Positions 1-6,652 of a DNA stretch of 41,167 nt are shown piece by piece. The DNA is from Candidatus Methanofastidiosia archaeon (lineage in GTDB: Archaea > Methanobacteriota_B > Thermococci > Methanofastidiosales > NM3). The stretch lies in assembly GCA_020854925.1 (NCBI GenBank), contig JAHKLV010000140.1:1-41167 (forward strand), given 5' to 3'. Both the position numbers and the translations under genes were made by a program. The first letter of the stretch is position 1. The number at the start of each line of letters is the position of its first letter. The notes under the pieces were generated by a model. It saw only the letters and a program-made list of their open reading frames with translations, searched no databases and was not told the DNA's origin.

Positions 1-368
1 CAAGCTAAAGAGTCCTAAAAACCCAAACATCCAGTTTTTTCTAAATTTATTATTCATATAAATGAATAAAAAAGTCAATTCTTAAGCTTTACTGAAGAAG
101 AAAATGAATACTTCAATACTGCATGGAAAAAAAAGAGAAATGGTAGTACAGGATACTCGCCATGATATGAGTACAACTGAAATGAAGGAATATCCATAAT
201 GATGGAAAGCGTATAAAGGCTAGCACAATCCCATGCATGCCTAACTATACCACTACTTCGTATTATAGAATAGAACAAGGAAAAAATGACATAGAGCACG
301 TTCTCCCCACGGCAGAAAACCGTGGGCTTGCTATGCTAACGAATCGTGAATGCCAGATTAAAGAACAA

Positions 369-444
369 TGGCGGGCTCGCCGGGATTCGAACCCGGGATA
401 TCAAGGTCCGAAGCCTTGCGCCCTATCCGCTAGACTACGAGCCC
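369..444 (-). tRNA. tRNA-Arg (anticodon TCG), CCA encoded
   Basis: The reverse complement folds as a cloverleaf of 76 nt. Acceptor GGGCTCG/CGAGCCC, anticodon stem CAAGG/CCTTG with loop CTTCGGA, T-loop GGTTCGAATCC, 3' end GCCA. Confidence 0.9.
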
Positions 445-518
445 AGTATCCTCCCTGCGTACCGCTTTATAAACATTATGGAGTAGGGAGGCACTGCGCC
501 GAATCGTGCCCTCCGGGG

Positions 519-1862
519 CTATACGAGGTAGCGAACATCGGATGTGGCGGTGGGAAATCCCCACGGGATGTCCTGCAGGTCGCGGGATGTTGCCCGGCAG
601 CGTATGGCCAGTGCGAAGAGATTCGCCATCTCCCCTGCACGGGGAGCCATGAGGTGCGCGCCCAGGATGCGCTCTGTGCCCTTTTCTATGACAAGGACGG
701 CAAAGGCGTGCCGTGAACCGAGGTACCGGGTGGAGAAATAGTCAGACATGTCCGTCTCTCGAAGGTACGCTCCCGCGGGATGGCCCGCAATCTGTGCACT
801 TGTCATGCCCACTGACGCGACCTCGGGAATGGAAAAGAGCACGGATGGGACGACTGAATAGTCCATGGTGCGGTGATTTCCCTTGATGATGTTGTCTGCC
901 ACCACCGAGCCCTCGAGCTCAGCAACGGTCTTAAGGGGGGGAGAACCTGCCACCGCATCGCCGGCCGCATAGCAGGAAAGGGCTGACACGCTTTGCAGAT
1001 AGTCGTTGACCAGGACTCCCCGGGACGTGGCGTCGATGCCGGCCGCCGGGAGGGAAAGAGCCCCGATGCGGGGGACCCTCCCTCCCCCGTGAAGAGCACA
1101 GTCGCAGGGGTAGGTCCGTTCCCCCGTGGGTGTCGAAGCGACCACCGAAAGGCCATCCTCGGTCTGGCTCACCTCCGTGACCGGCGAAGAAAGCTCCACC
1201 GCGATGCCTGCATCGCGAGTCGCCTCGACGAGGCGCGATATCACGCGCCGCTCAAAGCCGCGAAGGACTGTTGCGCCCCGGTGAAGTATGGTCACCTCGG
1301 CGCCCATGCGAGCAGCGATGTGGGCAAACTCGAAGGAGATATAGCCTCCGCCGACACACACCAACCGGGAAGGAATCGACGAAAGATCGAAAAACGCATC
1401 ACTGGTGGTAAGAAGCTCCTCGCCAGGGATGCCGAGGGACATCGGCTCCGCACCTGAGGCGATGACCGCGTATTCTGTAGCGAGGCGCTGCCCGTCCACG
1501 ACAACGGCATCAGCGCCAGAGAAGATTGCAGTGCCCTCAAAGGCCTCGATGCCGGCCTCGTCGTACAGCCTGTGCCGCGCTTCGGGGACCGGAGACGTGA
1601 AGGTGTCCTTGAAGGCCCGAACAGCGTCCCACCGTGGCGTATCCTCCGCAAAGATGCCCTTTGCTGAAAGCGACCCGATGTTGTGGGCAAGCGTTGCGGT
1701 GCCCACAAGCACCTTTTTCGGTGTGCAGCCCCTCATGGCGCAGGTACCGCCAAAGGGCCTGTCATCAACTATGGCCACCCGCATGCCAGCCTTGGCGCAG
1801 CGGGTTGCCACAAGATTACCGGCAGTGCCGGTCCCGATAACTACCACATCGAATCGATTCAC
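519..1862 (-). CDS. Class I pyridine nucleotide-disulfide oxidoreductase (FAD/NAD(P); glutathione reductase / dihydrolipoamide dehydrogenase family)
   Basis: 447-aa ORF with a GTG start. Dinucleotide fold VVVIGTGTAG, redox-active disulfide GGTCAMRGCTPKK, second Rossmann VCVGGGYISFEFA, C-terminal dimerisation domain. Confidence 0.85.
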   Translation of the reverse strand: MNRFDVVVIGTGTAGNLVATRCAKAGMRVAIVDDRPFGGTCAMRGCTPKKVLVGTATLAHNIGSLSAKGIFAEDTPRWDAVRAFKDTFTSPVPEARHRLYDEAGIEAFEGTAIFSGADAVVVDGQRLATEYAVIASGAEPMSLGIPGEELLTTSDAFFDLSSIPSRLVCVGGGYISFEFAHIAARMGAEVTILHRGATVLRGFERRVISRLVEATRDAGIAVELSSPVTEVSQTEDGLSVVASTPTGERTYPCDCALHGGGRVPRIGALSLPAAGIDATSRGVLVNDYLQSVSALSCYAAGDAVAGSPPLKTVAELEGSVVADNIIKGNHRTMDYSVVPSVLFSIPEVASVGMTSAQIAGHPAGAYLRETDMSDYFSTRYLGSRHAFAVLVIEKGTERILGAHLMAPRAGEMANLFALAIRCRATSRDLQDIPWGFPTATSDVRYLV

Positions 1863-1891
1863 GCTACCACATTCATCCTATGCAATGAACC

Positions 1892-1899
1892 TATAAAAA
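1892..1899. promoter_or_regulatory. TATA box (TATAAAAA) shared by two divergent, near-leaderless genes
   Basis: It is the only AT-rich element in the 59-nt spacer. Its centre lies about 26 nt from ATG 1922 (+) and about 33 nt from GTG 1862 (-). Confidence 0.4.
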
Positions 1900-1921
1900 G
1901 GTAGATGAACGTAGGCAACAC

Positions 1922-2737
1922 ATGGATGACACGTCGCTGCAGAAATTCAGGGAACGGGTGTGGTCGGCATACCGTGAGTCGTACCGGGACCTGCCGTGGC
2001 GCAGGACCGATGACCCGTACGCCATCCTTGTTTCCGAAGTGATGCTCCAGCAGACGCAGGTACACCGCGTCATTGTCCCGTACGAGCGATTTCTATCTGC
2101 CTATCCCACCGTCTCTGCCCTGGCAAAAGCGTCTCCGAGGGACGTGGTGGCGCTCTGGCAGGGCTTGGGATACAACCGGCGCGCCCTGTGGCTGCGGGAG
2201 GCTGCACGCCGTATCGTGACAGACCATGGGGGCATCGTGCCGGCGGATGTGGAAACACTCCTCACCCTCCCCGGTATCGGCCCGTATACGGCCGCCGCCG
2301 TCTGCGCCATAGCGTTCGGCCAGGTCGTGCCAGTCCTCGACACCAATATTCGCGCCGTCTACCTCCATGAGTGGTTCCCCCAAAGGGAGAAGATCCGCGA
2401 CAGCGAGCTTATCCCGCTGCTTGTTGAGACCTTTGACCGGGAGCGCCCCCGTGAATGGGTCTATGCGCTCATGGATTACGGAGCTACCCTGAAAAGGCAA
2501 GGCCCCAATCCGTCGAGAAGGAGTGCGCACCATGTGCGCCAGCAGGCATTCGAAGGTTCGAGACGACAGCGCCGAGGCAAGGTGATACGGTTGCTCCTCG
2601 CGTGCGAAAGCGCTACCGCCCAAGAGGTGGCAGCGTCCTGTGGCATGAAAGATGCCGAGGCAGAAGCGCTCCTTATTGATTTGGCAGCAGAAGGATTTCT
2701 TAGTATCCGAGATGGCGCATACTGCCTCTCCCCGTGA
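1922..2737 (+). CDS. HhH-GPD DNA glycosylase, MutY-like N-terminal domain, without Fe-S cluster loop or NUDIX-like domain
   Basis: 271 aa. Catalytic Glu context SEVMLQQTQV, HhH motif LPGIGPYTAAAV, catalytic Asp context VLDTNI. There is no CX6CX2CX5C motif. The C-terminal ~55 aa look like a small winged-helix domain. Confidence 0.75.
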   Translation: MDDTSLQKFRERVWSAYRESYRDLPWRRTDDPYAILVSEVMLQQTQVHRVIVPYERFLSAYPTVSALAKASPRDVVALWQGLGYNRRALWLREAARRIVTDHGGIVPADVETLLTLPGIGPYTAAAVCAIAFGQVVPVLDTNIRAVYLHEWFPQREKIRDSELIPLLVETFDRERPREWVYALMDYGATLKRQGPNPSRRSAHHVRQQAFEGSRRQRRGKVIRLLLACESATAQEVAASCGMKDAEAEALLIDLAAEGFLSIRDGAYCLSP

Positions 2738-2739
2738 CC

Positions 2740-3225
2740 TTACTCCGCCTGCAGCATGCGCGCAAGAGAGATGAGCTCTTCAAGGGAACCGTGCCCGGCC
2801 TGCCCTTCCGAGCGCCAGCGCACGATGCCCCCCTTGTCGAGAAGGAAGGGGTAGCACATCGACGAGTCCTCCAAGGCGAGAATCGAGGCATACATGCCGT
2901 AGTCCCCGTAATAGGTGACAACATGGGGGTGGACCGCAGGGTCGGTGCCGGCGCGCATACCCGCATCGATGACGCCGGAAAACATGCGCCCCCACGTGCT
3001 CGCTATCATGGGGACCTCATAATACATGAACCCGCGCTCATGGCACAATTCCCGCTCAAACGGATGAATCCATGAATCCACCTGCCCCTGGGCGGCACGT
3101 GCAAAGACGAGGACGACAAGTGTCACGAGCCCGAATGAGGATGCTGGTATCTTTACCTCCTTTCCCTCGAGGGTGTGACCGCGCACGGGGGGAAACGGGG
3201 ATCCAATGCCTATATCGGTGGCCAT
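2740..3225 (-). CDS. Hypothetical protein (weak thioredoxin-fold resemblance, no CxxC)
   Basis: 161-aa ORF with an ATG start, 15 nt downstream of the last opu permease on the same strand. No motif I can assign firmly. Confidence 0.5.
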   Translation of the reverse strand: MATDIGIGSPFPPVRGHTLEGKEVKIPASSFGLVTLVVLVFARAAQGQVDSWIHPFERELCHERGFMYYEVPMIASTWGRMFSGVIDAGMRAGTDPAVHPHVVTYYGDYGMYASILALEDSSMCYPFLLDKGGIVRWRSEGQAGHGSLEELISLARMLQAE

Positions 3226-3240
3226 GCCATTCCTATGCGC

Positions 3241-3876
3241 TCATCGCTTTTTGATGTTTCGCTCGGGGCTGGCGGTGCGGGGGGTGACGGCGCGTTCAAG
3301 AAGGGAGAACGAGGCATCGATAAAGAGGGCTATGCCGATGGTAGGCAAAGACCCGGCAAGAATCTTATCGGTGTTCAGATTGGAAAGGCCCTGGAAGATG
3401 ATGGAACCCAATCCTCCACTGCCAATGATGGCAGTGAGAATGGCGATGCTGTTGGCAAGGATAGCGGCAAACTTCATGCCTGCAAAGAGTGGGGGATACG
3501 CATGGGGGAGGCGGATGTGGCGTGTTATCTGCCATTCGGTGAGGCCGATGCCTTTGGCGGAGTCGATAAGGGATGCATCGACGTCCCGAAGGCCGAGATA
3601 CGCGTTCTTGATAATAGGAAGCAGTGCCCGTATCATGATGGCGATGACGGCAGGCACAAACCCGATGCCGAGAAACGGAACGACGATGGCGACAACAGCA
3701 AAGCTCGGTATGGCCTGGAGCAGGTTCGCCCCGGTCATGACCGCCATGGCCGCGCGCCTGCTGTAGAGGGCGGCCAGTGAAAGCGGAAGGGCAATGGCAA
3801 TGGCAATGGCAAGAGCGCTATAGGTAAGGACAAGGTGCTGCACGGTAGCGTCGAGAAGATTCGGAGGAATATTCAT
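3241..3876 (-). CDS. Osmoprotectant (glycine betaine/choline-type) ABC transporter permease
   Basis: 211 aa with multiple TM segments. Binding-protein-dependent permease loop SAKGIGLTEWQITRHIRLPHAYPPLFAG. ATGA overlap with the upstream permease. Confidence 0.85.
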   Translation of the reverse strand: MNIPPNLLDATVQHLVLTYSALAIAIAIALPLSLAALYSRRAAMAVMTGANLLQAIPSFAVVAIVVPFLGIGFVPAVIAIMIRALLPIIKNAYLGLRDVDASLIDSAKGIGLTEWQITRHIRLPHAYPPLFAGMKFAAILANSIAILTAIIGSGGLGSIIFQGLSNLNTDKILAGSLPTIGIALFIDASFSLLERAVTPRTASPERNIKKR

Positions 3877-4505
3877 AGACGCTCCCCCAAGCGGTGTTCG
3901 GCATAACCGGCAAGAGCGTCAAAGACGACGGCAAGAAGGCCGACCCAGAGCCCGGTGACTATGATAATGTCCATGTCATAGAGCTGTATGCCTGTCTGCA
4001 GGGGTGCCCCAAGGCCCCCTGCTGCAATGAGGCCGCCCAGGGTCACGACCCCCATGGTAAAGACGAGGGCGATGCGGATGCCGCCAGCAACAAGCGGCAG
4101 TGCCAAGGGGAATCGGACATGGACCAGCACTTCGCGCCTAGACAGCCCCAGCGCCTCGGCAACCGCAAGGTGTTCGGTGCTCACAGAGGTGAGGCCTGCA
4201 TAGGTGTTCCTTGCGATGGGAAGGACAGAATAGATGACCGAGGTGACGATGGTGGGGCGTGAGCCGAGGCCGAGCACGGGGAGCAGGAGTACCAGGAGCG
4301 CGATGGTCGGTATGGTCTCAGCGACATTGAGCATGTTGAACAATACCTGGGACACCCGTGCATGACGATGAACTGCGACCCCCACGGCGACACCGATGAT
4401 TGTGGCGAGGACCATCGCCGCAGCAAACATGGATAGATGCTCGATGGTCCGGTCCATGAGGCGCTGTGCCTCCCATACGCCAAGAAAAGAATCGAGGGCA
4501 GACAT
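3873..4505 (-). CDS. Osmoprotectant ABC transporter permease
   Basis: Multi-TM protein with permease loop AEALGLSRREVLVHVRFPLALPLVAGG. I prefer ATG at 4505; the ORF track starts at a TTG at 4538. Confidence 0.85.
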   Translation of the reverse strand: MSALDSFLGVWEAQRLMDRTIEHLSMFAAAMVLATIIGVAVGVAVHRHARVSQVLFNMLNVAETIPTIALLVLLLPVLGLGSRPTIVTSVIYSVLPIARNTYAGLTSVSTEHLAVAEALGLSRREVLVHVRFPLALPLVAGGIRIALVFTMGVVTLGGLIAAGGLGAPLQTGIQLYDMDIIIVTGLWVGLLAVVFDALAGYAEHRLGERL

Positions 4506-4510
4506 GATAA

Positions 4511-5635
4511 TCACGAGAGGAGCTCTAGCACCATGCAATCCATGCAGACCACACCCGTAACGATGTCATGCTCCATGACAAGGCCGGCGGCGAGGCCGGC
4601 GTCGCGCAGCGTGCGCAGAGCTGGTGCCAGGGCGTCGCTTGGGGAAAAAACGGGCACGTCCCGCAAGACATCCTCAAGCGTAGCGTCGGTGGGGGCACGG
4701 TAGAGGTCGATGAGACGAACCATCCCGGGAGACGAACGGCCTGAGACAGCGGCTGTATCCAGGTCGAGACGCTCCATGTGTGCCAGCGCATCAGATGCAC
4801 CCATGTCACCGTCGAGCATGGCGCCAGCCCCGAGGGGGACCATGACGTCGCGCACCGTCACGTGCTCAAGATGGCGCAGCTTGCGTGAACCGCCCACAAT
4901 GTCCTCGACAAAGGATGAGGCGGGGGAAAAGAGGAGATCTTGGGGCGTCCCCACCTGAACGAGGCTGGCGTCGCGCATGATGCCGATGCGGTCACCGAGC
5001 GCAAACGACTCCTCGATGTCGTGGGTAACAAAGATGATGGTCTTGCCAAGCTCTTCCTTGATGGTGGAGAACTCCTGCTGGAGCTGCACGCGCAAAAGGG
5101 GGTCGAGCGCGCCGAACGGCTCGTCCATGAGCAAGAGCGGAGGGTCCATCGCAAGGGCACGTGCAAGTCCCACGCGCTGTTGCTGGCCGCCGGAAAGCTC
5201 GGACGGGTAGCGGCCCATGAAGTGCTCGGGGGGAAGGTCTACCAGTGAGAGGAGGGCCCTGACACGTGCCCCAATGGAGCCAGGGTCCATCCCTTCAAGA
5301 CGGGGGACCAGGCCAATGTTTCCCGCCACGGTCATGTGGGGGAAAAGACCTATCTGCTGGATGACATACCCCGTATTTCGGCGAAGCGCCACCGGGTCGT
5401 GAGCGCGTACGTCTTCACCGTTGATTCGTACGGCACCGGCATCCGGCTCGATGAGGCGATTGACCATGCGCAGGGTTGTGGTCTTTCCCGAGCCGCTCGG
5501 GCCGATAAGGGATAAAAGTTCCCCACCGCGCACGGAAAGGGACACGTCCCGCACCGCGTATACCTCCCCGTAGCGCTTCGTCACATGATCGATGTCTATA
5601 GACGTGATGCGGTCAAAGAGGCGTTCGGAACGCAT
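4511..5635 (-). CDS. Osmoprotectant ABC transporter ATP-binding protein with C-terminal tandem CBS domains (OpuCA/ProV-like)
   Basis: Walker A GPSGSGKTT, signature LSGGQQQRVGLARA, Walker B LLLMDEPFGALD, CBS pair at the C-terminus. I prefer ATG at 5635 over the TTG at 5680. Confidence 0.9.
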   Translation of the reverse strand: MRSERLFDRITSIDIDHVTKRYGEVYAVRDVSLSVRGGELLSLIGPSGSGKTTTLRMVNRLIEPDAGAVRINGEDVRAHDPVALRRNTGYVIQQIGLFPHMTVAGNIGLVPRLEGMDPGSIGARVRALLSLVDLPPEHFMGRYPSELSGGQQQRVGLARALAMDPPLLLMDEPFGALDPLLRVQLQQEFSTIKEELGKTIIFVTHDIEESFALGDRIGIMRDASLVQVGTPQDLLFSPASSFVEDIVGGSRKLRHLEHVTVRDVMVPLGAGAMLDGDMGASDALAHMERLDLDTAAVSGRSSPGMVRLIDLYRAPTDATLEDVLRDVPVFSPSDALAPALRTLRDAGLAAGLVMEHDIVTGVVCMDCMVLELLS

Positions 5636-5657
5636 GGGGAGTGCTCCTGCAGGCCCA

Positions 5658-6551
5658 TCAGAGGAGGCCAACGCTTTCAAGGAAATCCCGTGCTATATCC
5701 TCCGCCTCCCGCTTATCGACGTCGTACTCATAGTAGAGCGCACGCATGGTATCTGTGTCCACAAGCCCTGCAAGCTGTGAAAGGACGGTCATCGCCGCCT
5801 CGTCCCCAGCAAGGCGGTCGTTCACCAAGAGAATGGCATCATAGGGGGGAAATGCCATGAGGTCGTCCTCGAGGATGACGAGGCCGTACATGTCGACCCG
5901 CGCATCGGTCGTGTAGGCGCTGATGGCGTCGACAAGCTCATTTTTTATGGCCTCATACATGAGGGTTGGCTGCATTTGATTTGTCTTGCCGAACGTGAAT
6001 CCGTACACGGCAAGCATCTGCGGCAGGCCATCTGCCCGTGCAGCGAACTCCGGGTCGGTGCCTATCTCCATGGATGCCGCATACGGCGCAAGCTCGCTGA
6101 CGGCAGTGATGCCCCTCTGGGACGCCCACGCGGCCGGTACGGCGATGGCATAATCGTCACGGAACCCGAGATTTGCGGCAATAGTGATGCCATCGATGTC
6201 CATCAGCGCTTCCTCCACCTGGCCATAGATGACGCCAACATCCCAGATGGCAGGGGGATCCATCTTGAAGATGACGTTGTACGCCGTTCCCGTGTACTCC
6301 AAATAGCACGCTATCTGCCCTTTCTTCAAAGCCTCATAGTTGACGGAAGTACCGCCCAGACCCTCCCTGACCTCGACGGAGTATCCCTGTTCCTCCAGAA
6401 GAAGCGCGGCCATGTGCGCCACGATATACTGTTCGTTAAAGAGCTTAGAACCGATAACCACGGTCTTTTCCCCATCGCCGGACGTGATACATCCCGAAAG
6501 GGACGCTACGGCAACGATGAGAACGAGTGCGATACAGCCCCTGTTCATCAT
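5658..6551 (-). CDS. Glycine betaine/choline-type ABC transporter substrate-binding lipoprotein
   Basis: Lipoprotein-type signal MMNRGCIALVLIVAVASLSGC, followed by an OpuBC/OpuCC-like binding-protein sequence. ATG 6551 follows a GGTGGTGGA Shine-Dalgarno-like element. The ORF-track ATG at 6581 abuts a TATA-like element. Confidence 0.85.
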   Translation of the reverse strand: MMNRGCIALVLIVAVASLSGCITSGDGEKTVVIGSKLFNEQYIVAHMAALLLEEQGYSVEVREGLGGTSVNYEALKKGQIACYLEYTGTAYNVIFKMDPPAIWDVGVIYGQVEEALMDIDGITIAANLGFRDDYAIAVPAAWASQRGITAVSELAPYAASMEIGTDPEFAARADGLPQMLAVYGFTFGKTNQMQPTLMYEAIKNELVDAISAYTTDARVDMYGLVILEDDLMAFPPYDAILLVNDRLAGDEAAMTVLSQLAGLVDTDTMRALYYEYDVDKREAEDIARDFLESVGLL

Positions 6552-6652
6552 TCCACCACCTGTATCTCTCTTTGCACCCATATAATACTTTTCGAAAATA
6601 CCGTGGCATATGTTTTATAGTATTCAGGTGATAGGAATGATGAGGTCGTCCT

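Noticed and set aside
75-299. 74-aa minus-strand ORF in the AT-rich left end.
   Set aside because: Its hydrophobic, Phe/Ser/Ile/Tyr-rich composition is what random AT-rich DNA yields. It has no recognisable motif, start context or promoter, so I treat it as noncoding.
3785-3808. Tandem hexanucleotide (GCAATG) repeated about 3.5 times.
   Set aside because: It lies inside the opu permease gene and simply encodes an AIAIAIA transmembrane stretch. It is in frame and too short to call a functional repeat or contingency locus.
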